DNA of 64,000 bases from Octopus sinensis (lineage: Eukaryota), in contig NW_021833266.1 of the NCBI RefSeq assembly GCF_006345805.1, positions 1 through 64,000 of the forward strand, given 5' to 3'. This document shows, piece after piece, positions 25,246 through 37,885 of the stretch. Every line of letters starts with the position of its first letter. The first letter of the stretch is position 1. The position numbers and the translations under genes are program-made. Below the pieces are notes generated by a model that saw nothing but the letters and a program-made list of their open reading frames with translations, made no database searches and was not told the origin of the DNA.

Positions 25246-26093
25246 TGTCACATGCCCTGTTCGTTACCATGCCCCGCTCGTTACCATTGCTCTAAATTTT
25301 TAAAATTTCAATTTAAAATATTAAATGATTGAAATATATTACTTATTAATTTAAAAATTAATATATTATGGATTTTTATTTTTCAATGCTTAAACCATTT
25401 CATTAAAAAACATAAATTAAGCATGCTGTTTTATCTCATGGTTATGGTTAGGGTATAGGTTAGGGTTAGGGTATAGGTTAGGGTTAGGGTGAAGGTTAGG
25501 TTTGGGTGAAGGTTAGGTAGGGTTAGGGTGAAGAGGGAATGGTTGGGTTTAGGGTTTGAAAAAATTTAAAGTAGAATTTTCGAATGGAGATACAAAGATT
25601 GTTCACATGAAAAGAATCAAAAAAGGACAAATTTAATTTTTCGTTTTAAATTCAGATCTATATATGATTTTAACTAAAAAAACTGGATAAAGTTTGAGTT
25701 TTTATAAGAGATCTACAGATGATTTTAACCTATCTTTTTACATTTCAAAAAATGTTTTAAATAAAACTAAAAAATGGTTAGAGTTAATTATAAAAACTAT
25801 CAAATTATGTGCCTTTAAAGCGTTTCACACAATTCACATTTTTAAAATATGTTTTAATGTGCTTATCAGTCAAAGGTTTGTTGTATAAAAATATTATTTT
25901 AATTTATTTGTTTTAAAGCATCTTTTAGTATATCATTAAATTGTACTCTAATTAACTAATATATAGGTTGAATTTATGTCGTTGTGATTGATTATTAATT
26001 TTTCTAAAAAATTGAAAATTCATTAATCAATTATTTCTCAGAAATAATTCGGAGGTAAACGAGTGGGGCATAGTATCCCTGAGGCATGTGACA
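25246..26093. mobile_element. Non-autonomous TIR element (TGT...ACA ends) carrying telomere-like repeats
   Basis: TGTCACATGCC / GGCATGTGACA TIR plus inner ATGCCCC.CTCGTT repeat; near-perfect 5-bp TSD taata/ttata; removal restores the host integrase frame. Confidence 0.8.
25441..25557 (+). repeat. Degenerate interstitial (TTAGGG)n
   Basis: ggttagggtataggttagggttagggtgaaggttagg... Confidence 0.9.
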
Positions 26094-26989
26094 TTATAAA
26101 TCTGAAAAGATTTTCACACTAAACGAAAATTTCAAATGGATTTTAACGGTCATTGACATTTATAGTAAGTTGGTTTCTTAAATTTTTTTTATAGATTTGC
26201 ATTTGCACGACCACTTTATAATAAGTCTGGTAAAGAAGTGTGTCAAAACTTGAGATCTTTGTTTCGCCTAAATGTACCATGCAAATTTCTTCAATCAGAC
26301 AATGGGTCTGAATTCAAAAATCAAGAAATAACACAACTATACGTTGATTTTAACATCAAACAAATCCACGGAAGGCCTAATAATCCTCGGGCTCAAGGAA
26401 TTGTCGAAAGATTCAATCAAACGATAACCAGGAAGTTGTCAAAAATGATGGACAACAGTAAAAAAAAGTGGGTGATAAATTAGAAAATGCTTTGTACAGT
26501 TATAACATATCTGTCCATTCATTTTCTAACGAAAGATTTTACTCTTTGTGGATTTATTAATAAAATGAAATTAATTGAAGTTAATCTTAATTCAAGCTCA
26601 ATGTAACAGGCTGCCCATAGGTATCGCGTGGCCCATGTGACATAATAAAATCAGAGTGTTAACGCGTGTACTGTTGTTCACTCTGGTTTATTTTTCTTTT
26701 ATTTATTGTATCATTGAGTATTTATGGGCTCATATGAAGGCTGAAGTACGTAAAATCCATGTAAAAAAATGTAGACGAATTAAAGCAAGAACTTCTCCAT
26801 ATTTGGAAAAATATTCCAAAGCGTTAAAAGTCAGCGGCGAAAGTTTGAAGTAACCCTTCCTCCTTTCATCACCCTGGCGAATGATTTAGCTTTCTGTAGA
26901 TCTATTTCAGCTAGTGAATGGATTAACCTGGTAGAAGAAGAATATGGTTTATTTAATACAATAGCTCCAAAAGAAAAGTGGCCGAGGAA

Positions 26990-28125
26990 TTAGAGCTTAG
27001 GGGGCTTGATAACGAGAGCCACGAAGGTCTCAACTTCGGTTTTGTTCCAGGAGACTGTCTTATCTCCCTCAGCGAATTCAAGTTTTTGCCAGGATCGCGT
27101 CTATCGTGTCAACACTCCGCTCATGCAGGTTTTCCAGCGGACTGCTGAGCTCCAGGCCGAATGCCAGTTTGATGGCAAATCGTCTGGTTTTTTCGAGTTT
27201 GGCGATTAGAAGGTCCCTTTCATCAGTTTGGTACCAGCCCTCCGAACCATAGATTATTAGTGGCTGAACACAAGTCTGGTAGATGTGTAGAAACGTTTCT
27301 GCGCTTAGACAAAACGCCTCAGTCCTTTTAGGATTTTCGCTCCTTGTTTCCGCTTTGCATGCACATGGGGTTTGTATGACCCGGTGGGGTCTATAGTTAC
27401 TCCCAGGTAACGTAGGTTCTTCGATATAATCAGGTTCCCATAATCCTCGAAAGTCGGTTTTTTGTCACGACCCATTGAAATCCAACAAATGGTACTTTTG
27501 TCCCGAGCGAGATTCAAGCCTTTACCATTGCACCAGATTTCAAGTTCCTCCAAGTACGGTTCTATTCTGCTCCAGGACAACCTTCTTCTGTGTCGGGGTC
27601 CCCACATCGAGACATCCGTAACCAAAATATCGTCCGCGTAGATAATTAGTCTGCACGTAGGAAAATGTGGTTTCGGGACGTCGGCCAGAAATATATTGAA
27701 GAGCAAGGGGCTGAGAACCGATCCCTGAGGAACACCTCTCCTCAGATTCACGGCCTTCGATAACAAATTTCCACAACAAATGAACGATTTTCTCTCGCAC
27801 AAGAAGCCCTTTAGCCATCTGACAGTTTTTCGCCCAGCGCCCAACTCCGCTACTTTATTTAACAACCCCAAGTGCCAGACACTGTCAAAGGCCTTGCAGA
27901 CGTCCAGGCAGACCGCCGTTAGGCAGGCTTTATGGAGTTTGGCCCGAAACAGTTCTTCCTCAAGAAGCGAGAAACAGTGACCGGTTGATCGACCAGGTCT
28001 AAAACCCCACTGTTCTTCCGCGAGTATATTATTTGTTCCACGTAAGCCGATAAACGATTGAAAATAATTCTTTCCATTATCTTCGACGTTGTGCAGATAA
28101 GGCTAATTGGCCTATAACTTCCTGC
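26990..28125 (-). mobile_element. 5'-truncated LINE reverse transcriptase fragment
   Basis: QWGFRPGRST, LDVCKAFDSVWH, GVPQGSVLSPLLFN, YADDI, LRYLGV. Confidence 0.9.
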
Positions 28126-28173
28126 CTGCGTATTTGGGTATATCTCATTATCAAATAATTGTTGTTGTGGTTA

Positions 28174-28616
28174 TGAATATCTCATTATCTATTCTTGTAC
28201 GCTCGATCAACACCACAATTGATCCGATCCAAGCCGCAAATGTAATTTGCGAATCTCCAACCGCCTTGAGGGCCCGCATTTCGCGGCGCCATAATGGTTC
28301 TTACGAACTTCTTTTTAAGAATGCTGAGGACCGTAACGACTTCATCCTGGATTGGGAGCGGAATCTCCCTTTTGGTCCTAATGGCCACTCTATTGAATAC
28401 TTGACACCTCGGAACTCAGAACTAATTATACGAAACCTGCCTTATTGGGTAACAGACAGTGCCTTGGTCAACATGCTATCCCGTTCAATCTCTCCGGGTA
28501 CCAGATACATATTTCTTTGGACCTATGGTAACAAGGATTTATATAATTCCACAACACCTCCTTTCCGAGATAAAACTGGAAAAACTTATTCTATCCGTCA
28601 AAAAACGATGTTGTGA
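28174..28616 (+). mobile_element. Probable LINE ORF1/gag-like N-terminal fragment
   Basis: GC-richer intronless ORF with RRM-like LIIRNLPYWVTDSALVNML; abruptly truncated. Confidence 0.4.
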
Positions 28617-29269
28617 AATTTTTACGGCAAAAGGAGGGAATATCAGATATTAATTACGAAGGCGTTATTTTTGAATCATTTTTTGGTCCATTAAATTCTT
28701 GTTTTTTTCTATTTTTGTTAAAGAAATACAAATAATAAACAAAAATTGAAAAACAAATAATATAACTTTATGTTATCTTAAATGATTAATTGGGAAAAAA
28801 TGAAAAAAAAATTTTTCAATCACTATAAAAAATAAAACATTTTAAACATGATCGTCTCATATCAGACCAGAGAAAATAAAATAATATATAGTATAGACAA
28901 AGAAGAAATACTTGAATTAAAAAAGATTAAATCATTGTATAATATTATCAATCAGATTGCAGAAAATCAAATATAATAAGAGATTCTACAGATCGAAAAT
29001 ACAATTAATCAATTTTAATACAAATATTAACTGTGAATATCAAAAAAATGTAATTATAAATATAACAAAAAAATTCATTGCTACAAAACAACAACCACAA
29101 AGCGTGCTTCCGATATTTAAATTTATTTTTTAAATAAAAATTCGATAATTTAATTCTATTATAATTAATTCGAATTTTTTGCCAGTGCTCAGGCCAGTGT
29201 AAATATCTGTGTATTTCAGACTCTTTTAAGTCTGCCCAGGAATCGTCGGTAAGGCCGCGACTCAACTCC

Positions 29270-29410
29270 TCACTGACATTGTTAGGAGAATTTTCTCTAA
29301 AACAAACGACCCGAAGGAGCTCTTTCAGCGAATCTCGGTTGCCGTGCTCCGCGGAAACTGCCATTCAATACACATTGCGGCGTCATTGAGCTGACCTTTA
29401 GATCTCTTTC
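29270..29410 (+). mobile_element. CRE-like retroelement 3' tip
   Basis: NDPKELFQRISVAVLRGNCHSI. Confidence 0.65.
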
Positions 29411-29517
29411 AGCCACCTATCCTAGCTAGTATTTAATCTTTTTTTAAATTTGTAATTACTGATTAAAAAAAGAATTTTTTATAAGGTTTCCGAGCTTTTA
29501 CGTTGAAAGCGCAAGGA

Positions 29518-29900
29518 TTAGTGTTGACTCTCAAGCATTAGTGTCGATGAATGTAGGGAAAGTGTTGATGAATTAATACACCTGTTAATAGTATCCGGAC
29601 TAATATTTAATTCAAATTCAGAAAACACCATATCTTTTAACTTTAATAGTGTCAATGATAGATTATCATTGGCCAAACCAAAAATATATTGCTTATGTAA
29701 ATCATTCAATTTGTAAGAATAATCATCACTACGAGCTTTGCTCTCAATATCTCTGGATTTTCTCAAGACAAAGTATTTGGCTTATGGAGGATTGAGGCAT
29801 ATTTAGATAATCAATTATTTCTTTATTAGATTTTCCATTAATTGAATGTTCAAAAATCAGTTTTCTTTGTCGAAAGGGATAGTGTATTTGTTTTTAGTCC
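29518..29900 (-). mobile_element. IS630/Tc1-like transposase N-terminal remnant
   Basis: LTLLKLKDMVFSEFELNISPDTINRCI winged-HTH-like pattern. Confidence 0.5.
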
Positions 29901-30231
29901 ATATATAGCTCTTACTCTAACACAGAATTTCCTGAAAACGTTAATCCTTGCTTATTTGTGGATTAAAAGCTAATTTTTAGAGCTTTGGGATTATGCTTGA
30001 TGCGTCAACATTAATTTTGGTTCTAGATTCTAGAACGTTTTACACTTTTTGGAAACATTCTTATGTATAGTCCTTAAATATCTTATACATCTACAAAATA
30101 CAAATTTATTATGAAAACAGGTTCAACAGCACAGTCAGAATCATAATTATTCAGCGTAAAGTTTCATTTTATATCTGTGTAATTAGGTGAAGTATTTCTG
30201 ATTTTTATTTAGTTCCGTTAAAATTGGGATA

Positions 30232-30376
30232 CAGTCTAACCTCCGTTTGGAATGAGGTCTTTTTGGTAAGGATTTTATAAATTTTTTAATAAATTTTGGA
30301 AATGTTCCAAATCCCAAAAATCTATCAAAAACAGATGTTTTCCATCCCTCAAGGTCCCTTCAAAAAAGTTAGACTG
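30232..30376. mobile_element. Tc1/mariner-type MITE (145 bp)
   Basis: TA|CAGTCTAAC ... GTTAGACTG|TA. Confidence 0.75.
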
Positions 30377-32089
30377 TATTTAATAACTCACTATCTCCTA
30401 TTATCAAAACTTTTATTTAATTACACAAACAAACACTATACTTGATTAACATCATTTTCTTTACACCATTTCAATATAAACTTAGCAGTCACGTGTCTTT
30501 AACAGATAGGCCCAAATTAAAATTTAGTTATTGTGTCCTGAATTAGTAAAAGTATCGGGATTAAAGGAGAATCAGCATCCATAAGAGTGCACCAGCCATG
30601 AAATAAAAACTTATATCCACTATTATATATTACACCCTTATTCCAAAAAGGGAAGGGAAATAGAAGCAATATACCTTTCCTGATTCCATCATCGACCTCT
30701 GCGCCACTAACCGTATCGTTTCGAGTTGTAGAATTAATTTCTTGGTTTCCAATGGTATTGGTCGTATTTTCTTCATCTTCAAAATTAGTTTCTCGGTGTT
30801 CACTTGTATCTTCTTCATTATCGGTATTTTCTTCATTTAGTCCCAATGTCTCCAAAATAGTTTCTCTTTCATATCTTAATTCTCTGAATCTTTGATTCAA
30901 TCCTCTACTTGGGATAACATTTCTATAATTATAAATAAAAAGACTACAATTTATTTTCCGGATTTAAAATACTGTTAGGGTCATTAATATCTTCAAAATT
31001 CATTATTTTTAGTAATTTGTATATGATAATTCCAGGTTTATATGGCTTATATTAAAACACTGAATATACTTGACATAGGGTATCGTTAAACATTTGATCG
31101 CCTATAAATGTGTTATATTTACCTTAACCATTCGTTGAACTATCAAGGAATACATTCAATCTTCCAACTCTATTAATCACATGATATCCTTCATCACTAG
31201 TTGAACTACAGTTTGACTGACACAGAGTTCAAACTCAACAATCTCAACTGAAATATCTTCTCCTTGATTGACAAACGAAATATTCACCAATTGAGACAGT
31301 GACTACGGCAATTAAATAATCATTCAACATTTTTGACTACATCCAACATGAACATCTGAATTAAAATAAAAATAGATTACTCTATTCCCATCATATTTCA
31401 CCTTTAGTTTACCGAGACCTATTTGATGTCAATAAAATAATACTTGATGTGTATTGTAGCACCAACAGCACAGTCAGAATCATTATTATTCATCGTTGAG
31501 TTTCATTTTATATCTGTGTAATTAGGCTAATTATTTGCACATTTTTATGTAGTTCTTTAAAATTGGGTTATCTCATATTTAATCTCTCTAATCTGACTAA
31601 CTCTAGCAGAGGTGCCGTTGAAAACGAACTGATAATAAAATTCCATCATTTAATAATTATTGATTTAGGATTTGTGGGCATTCATGAACACCTGGACTTC
31701 AGTGCCGAAACTAGCACGGAACCTGTAAAAAGAACGGCCATTGAAAATGTCCAGCCTCGTTCTGTTGATGACAATTAAAGTCTCCCTTATCTGAAAACGA
31801 ACTCAAAATTAGACGCAGTGAAAGCAATTATCTTCTCTATGAATGTTGAAGATAGAAGACAGTGGGCGGTATCAGTTTGCGAAGCTATCCATTCGAGGCT
31901 AGGGCGTGTCCCTAGAGGTAGTTGGAATGTAATACTAGAGAATTTTAATTTTAAATTTGAAGATAAAATCTTTTTGTCCGAATATAGAAAGTTGGAAAAT
32001 AAAAGGCAACTATCTTTTGCTGATGTGGATGAGTCCAAAAAACGGCTGATTTCTCGGGAAGTGGGTGTGATACAGGACTGTTCGCTTGC

Positions 32090-33200
32090 TGCAAGCTAAC
32101 TAAAAATTTATATATAAGTGCATGAAAATTAGTTGATAGCTAAATTTTCAAAGATTAAATTCAAGGAAACAAATTCTTGCTTCCCATATACATCCGAATG
32201 AAATGTAGCACTTATTCACCCAATTCTGAAGTCCGGGAAGCCTAAGGACAATCTTGACTTATATAGACTTATCTCTCTATTAAGCGTCCTATCTAGAATC
32301 CCTGAGAAACTAATACTAAAACTAATCCAATCATCTCTCCACTTGTTACATTTCAACATGGTTTTAAGAAAAGACCATTTAAATCTTCATATCTGAAAAA
32401 AACTCTAATTTTATCTACGAAAGCTTCAAAACCAAGCCTATCTAAAAAAAATTCTTTGCTCAGTAGAAATACAAAAGGCGTTCGATCCAGTCACTAAAAA
32501 GAATCTTTATTGAGCGACATTCCAATCCCTACTCACCAGGACGACATCTTACTCTTCTATGCTGATGATATCATATAAGATCAACGGACCAAAATCCACT
32601 CAAAGCAATCCAAAGACTTCAGAGAAACATCCACAACATGTTTTTCTGTAATGTACAAACCAACTGAATCTAAGCTTCGAAAAATGCATAACCACTCTAT
32701 TCACGACAACAAAAAATTATCCAACTTCGAAATCAATGTTATTTTAAAAGGAACAAGAATTTAGCAGACAAATACTAGGTGTGATCTTTGAAACTAATTC
32801 TCATTCTCTAAGAATATTGCCAATCATAAATTAAACTATCGAGAAGATCAAACTTTTTAAATTCCTTTCACGGGAATACAACAATCCTGATTTAAGACTA
32901 TATACAAGCAAATATGTCGAGCGCAACATTGCTTATGCTTGTGGTGGCTGGAAATCATTTCTGGTCCCCTCCAAAATCTGCAAAAGATCTCGAACCTACA
33001 GCTGAAGTCTATCTCCGATTTTACTAAACGGATTATAAAGCCAAAAGCTTTTGAAAAGCTTGTAAGGACGACGGGTTCTAGAGTCAGCTCAGACCTTTGG
33101 ATCCTTGTCCAATCCGAAGATGCGTCGGATCCCTGGCTGAACACAGAGAGAAGATGCGTAGAGTGATTGGGAATGACGGGATCACCTAAATAATTTGTTT
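32090..33200 (+). mobile_element. Heavily decayed LINE RT, probably the same family as 5530-6085
   Basis: YRLISLLSVLSRIPEKLI, KAFD, FYADD remnants; shared 3' gggatcaccta. Confidence 0.7.
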
Positions 33201-33305
33201 GCCTGCTTAGACGGCGTTTGTTTTCCTGCTAAATAAAATAAATAGCTAGATCAAAATGGAGCATTTAAAATATTTCTTAAAGTGGCCAAAATATTTCTTC
33301 AAATA

Positions 33306-34534
33306 CAGTGAATACTCCCAAATTCGCCATTTTTGGTTCCTTCATTTTTTGCGGCGAATTTGAGAAATGGCGAATTTCAGAATATAATCAATAATTTTTG
33401 AATGCGAGTAGAACTGTTTAATAATTCGAAAATAGCCAAAATTGACGTAATTGAAAAAATTAATTTTATTTTAACAAAGAACTATGCTTTTTTATCAAAG
33501 TAATATTCCATTCCTGTTTGTTTTCTCTTTATATTTTGATGTTTTTTCTCAAATCTTCGAATTGAAGTAATTAGACGCACATCTTCGTTTTCGACAATTT
33601 CGATTAGTGATTTCTCAATTTCTCTTAATTTTGCACCAATCTTATTTCTAGTGAAATGAATTATTGTTTGTTCATTTGAAGGAAAATTTTTATCTGCAGA
33701 TTGTTTTTTCAGGATCTTCATTATCGAAATTACTTTCTTCGCTAATTGCAAATTTTTTTATAAGCGAATTAAATTGCATTTTCTTCTAAAAAATTTATAG
33801 AAATGAATTCTTCAATTTGAATAGGATCATAAATATCTGTTTTAATTATCAATTCATCAATTAAATTTTTATCTGTAAATTTTTCATCAAAATCTATTTT
33901 TTTCAGTTTTTTGAAGTAATTTTCAACAGTTTTTGAGCATACATTTTCCTAAGCCATTTTTATAAAAAAACTAAATGTTTATAGGATTCATAAACCGAAA
34001 CTTTGTCAGTTTCCAAAATTTTAGTGAGATAAAATAATTGGTGCCTATTAAAGTGCACTTTAAATGTTTTGATAATTCCCAAGTCCATTGGTTGAATTAT
34101 TCTTGTTGCATTTTTAGGAAAGAACATAATTTTTATATTTTCAAGATGACAAGGTATACAATGAGAAGAACAATTATCGATCAAAATCAAAATTGACTTT
34201 TTTCCTTCGTCAAAAAGTTGTCAAAATTAATCAGCCATTTACTAAAAATTTGGCCCGTCATCCAAGCGCTTTTTGAACTGTAATATGAAACAGAGCATTG
34301 ATAGTCGTAATTTTGGAAACATCTTGGCATCTTTGAGTTTCCAATTAAAACAGGTTTTAGTTTGTGATTATTTGCACACAACATTACAGATACCTGATCC
34401 TTAAAATTTTTATATCGTCCAAATTGTGGCGAATTTCAGAATTGGCGAATTTCCATAAACTAGAATTTTTTTTAAAAAAAGGCGAATCTAAGAATTAGCG
34501 AATTTAAGAATGGCGAATTTGGGGGTATTCACTG
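33306..34534 (-). mobile_element. Internally deleted pogo/Tigger-like element
   Basis: TA|CAGTGAATAC.CCCAAATTCGCCA TIRs at both ends; SKSAWMT, LIDNCSSH, IQPMDLGIIKTFK DDE_1 motifs; subterminal GGCGAATT repeats. Confidence 0.9.
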
Positions 34535-34639
34535 TATTTAAAATCAAACTGCTTCCAGCCAGCCACCGTTGTCAATTTTAATTCTCTGATAATGTATCTA
34601 ATGTATCTATAGATGAGTATTGGACAAAAATTGATTAAT

Positions 34640-34925
34640 GATTGCCAGACTCAAAACGCCTCACTGCGTATTGTCGGCAGTTTCCGCGGAGCACGGCGAC
34701 CGAGATTCACTGAAAGAGTTAGTCCACTCTTGGAAAAACCAGAAGTGATTCTGTTTGTGTCCACAGCCCATCCCACCCTCGGCTTTTGACAGGGCAATGA
34801 GCCCAGCAGAGAAAAGAAGCTCTCTGGCAACGGTTGGAATGGTGCCGATCGCAAGAAGAGCACAAGCGCCCCTTCTTGCGGGAATTGGATAATTTACATG
34901 AGACACAAGTTTTCATGTGAGAGAT
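34640..34925 (-). mobile_element. Miniature bipartite CRE-like element (PHD 5' part fused to RLE 3' tip)
   Basis: CVSC...CSSC PHD start followed within ~200 bp by LFQ.ISVAVLRGNC, near-identical in DNA to 29320-29362. Confidence 0.55.
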
Positions 34926-35109
34926 GGTAAAATGGGGTGAAATAAAAAAAGGAACGATTAACAATTAACAAAATAACAACAATGAGTCAATACATATTTT
35001 AATATGAATACATATATTAATATGAATTCTAGTGATGAGTGCTCTAGTGGTATAATATCTGTATCTGATAACATCGATGAATCCGAATATTCTGTTTATA
35101 ATACAAATT

Positions 35110-36950
35110 TGTTGCAACTGTGATGGACAGGTGGAACGTCCATCTAAATTACAACAAATGCGATATAGCCGAGGTGAAACTAGAGAGGGGCATATTACAG
35201 GGCGACAGCATGTCTCCGCTGCTGTTCGTCCTCTGCCTAGAACCGCTGACTGCCCAATTCGAACAAATGTCGATCGAACATGAAGGAGGGTGTTTTAGCA
35301 CCAACCATCTCATGTTCATAGACGACATTAAGCTGTTCGCTCGGTCTTCAGAGATCCTTCACTCAATGGGTAAAGTCCTGAAAGGTTTCATGAAGGCCGT
35401 GGGGTTGGAGCTCAACTACAACAAGTCGGCGACTAACACCCCTGTGTGTGGTGACCTAGTCAAAGTCTTGGAGGAACACCAAGGATATAAGTATCTTGGT
35501 GTGGTTGAGAGTCCAGCCTCATTAATCACACCCGAAACGAGAAAGTGTGTAGTGGAGGGTGTGCGTAGTAGGGCGGCAATGTTATGTAAGACTCGGCTTA
35601 ATGCACGGAACTTATTTCATGCCTTGAACGAGTATGCCATCTCATTGCTAAACTATTACGTTGGCCTGATCGAATTCGAGCCGAGTGAGTACGATGAAAT
35701 GGACCTTATTGTCCGAAGAGTACTCCGAGAGAATCATGTCCACGTGTTGGCAAGCAATAAGGAGAGATTGTACTTGTCTCGCGGGCAGCTAGGACGTGGA
35801 CTGAGTAACATCGTACACTTAAGTGAGCGAATTCTTACTAAGATGCACGACACCTTGTGGAGTGGGTCGAGTGTATCCCAAAGGAAGGCTGCCATCCTTG
35901 CTGCTGAAAAAGCGCGTGGTACACACCTAGGGACCATAAAAGGCTATGTGTCGGCTAAGTATGGTCTAGGTGCTACCCAAGTTAATGTGAAGGAGTTGAT
36001 CAAACTTCAAAAGGAGTCTTTAATTAAAAAGATCAACTTAAAAGTCTTTCACAAGACTCTCTTTAGCAGCCTGGACAACCCGCACATTGACGTATCGTCG
36101 TCATCTACGTGGCTGAAATATGGGAATAACTCTCCCCGATCAGAAGGGTTGTTCTCATATTTGCAGGATAGAAACTTTTTTAATGGTCAACGGAAACAGT
36201 GTAACCACTGTAAGAGTAAGGCAATGACCGTTGACCATTTAGCCACGAAGTGCGGGAGTATGCTTTACCATGATTACACATGGAGGCATAACGAGGTGGT
36301 GAGGTCCCTCCATCTTTTGCTCTGCAATAAGTACGGCTTGAGGCGGTCCAGAAAGTTGCGAACCCATCGAGTTCAATCGGTGTGTGAGAACTCGCGGGTG
36401 TGCATTAAGGTGGATACCCCCATACGCACCTCGATTGTTGTCCAGCACAACAGACCCGACATTGTGGTCCACGATAAGGTCACCGGGGAGATTGTTATCG
36501 TGGAGGTATGCATCACGTGCCTAGACCGTTTGCAGATAGTGGAAGTGGAGAAAAGGAGGAAGTATGACCTCCTTGCAAACGAGCTAGGACTGATGCACCA
36601 GTGCAAAGTCCATGTCATCCCGTGTGTGATGACATGGGATGGACTGGTCACCAAATACCACAAGCGGTACTTAAGACAGTTGGATGTAGATAAGTCTCTA
36701 CAGGCTTATATACAGTCAACTGTTCTTAAGAGGACTCTGGAGAGTGTCTCGTTTGATGCTCGCCGATCCAGCCCTTTCCTGACGTTTAGTCAGCAAGAGG
36801 CGCTGGACTGCACCTTCTCGAAGGTCTACAGTGACAGAGAAGAGGAGGAAGAAGGGGAGGAGGTGCGTGGAGTGCCGCCTTCTGCTCACTTCGAAGGCTC
36901 TGGACTTAGTTAGTAAAATTACTTAGTTAATTAGTTTCTTTCTTAATAAA
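35110..36950 (+). mobile_element. 5'-truncated RLE-type non-LTR retrotransposon (R4/Dong-like), uninterrupted 597-aa ORF 35120-36913
   Basis: GILQGDSMSPLLF, FIDDIKL, YKYLG, CNHC...DHLATKC knuckle, RHNEV, RPDIV..IVEV..KY endonuclease. Confidence 0.93.
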
Positions 36951-37885
36951 TACTGTTCATCAATTAATTGCTTCCCCAATCGAAATTAGCACACTCAACA
37001 AACTTGCTTATAGAATAACCAAAAAATCGGTTCCTTGTCACAGTCATCACTTTTCAACAATACTATCTGGTTGCTACAGAGGTTTTTCAGAGTGGGCCGC
37101 AAGGTTTGGACTATGGTCCGACTGAGTATTGCATGTCTTCACTATTAACTCCCATTTGATTAGAAACATCGCAATCCTGTCCAGGACAGACAACACCCAG
37201 GATGCATGTTTCTCCAATTTTCGGTTGATTACAAACCCCAGGTCGTTGTAAAAGTAACAAGCAAGTAATCTGTTAACCTAAAGCTTCTATATTCTGTTAT
37301 TTTCGTTTTTCACAAACAACAGATGGACACCTTGTGCTGTTCCAGATTTCTTGCAAGTTGAAATTTTTGTACATGGGATTGTCCCGGGTTAATTATTATC
37401 AAAATAAGATATTTTTGAAATGTGATGTGAGTTTTATCGAACTTTGAATTTTATCGAATCTTAGCTATGGTTCATTTTTATCAATATTTTAAATCTGATA
37501 TTTCAATAAATCCAAGTTATTTAGTTAGTAGCTTCGAACTGTTAAGTGGCCCACAATGTGGGCCGATCGCTCTAGAGATTTCAGAGCGCTGGGTGTGGTA
37601 ATGACTTTGCCGGTGATCCAGAACAAGAGAACAAATGGTGGAAAAGATCTTTAACATCAAAAAAGAGATGATGGACTTAATGTTGGCTCTTCAAAGTATA
37701 GGCACTTTCAGTTAGGTCATGAATTGCTACCGTATCATTTGTTTACTAAAAAATAAAGCAATAAAAATAAATCAATGTGATTATTTTATAAAAAGTACAG
37801 GAAAACTTTATATTTAAACAAAAATATTACGTCAAGTTTCGTTTATTAGTGGAATATTTTCATATTTTACCATTATTTAATTAGA

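Larger units (their letters stand above)
24940..26643 (+). mobile_element. Ginger-like integrase DNA transposon remnant (intron-containing), interrupted by a MITE
   Basis: H..SH...CEVC zinc finger, FQIDII, WILTVIDIYSK/FAFARP (26-nt intron 26169-26194), QSDNGSEF, HGRP..PRAQGIVERFN; possible right end catgtgaca at ~26643. Confidence 0.7.

Noticed and set aside
25441-25557. True chromosome end or fusion scar
   Set aside because: Degenerate, single orientation, and enclosed by TIRs and a TSD of a MITE.
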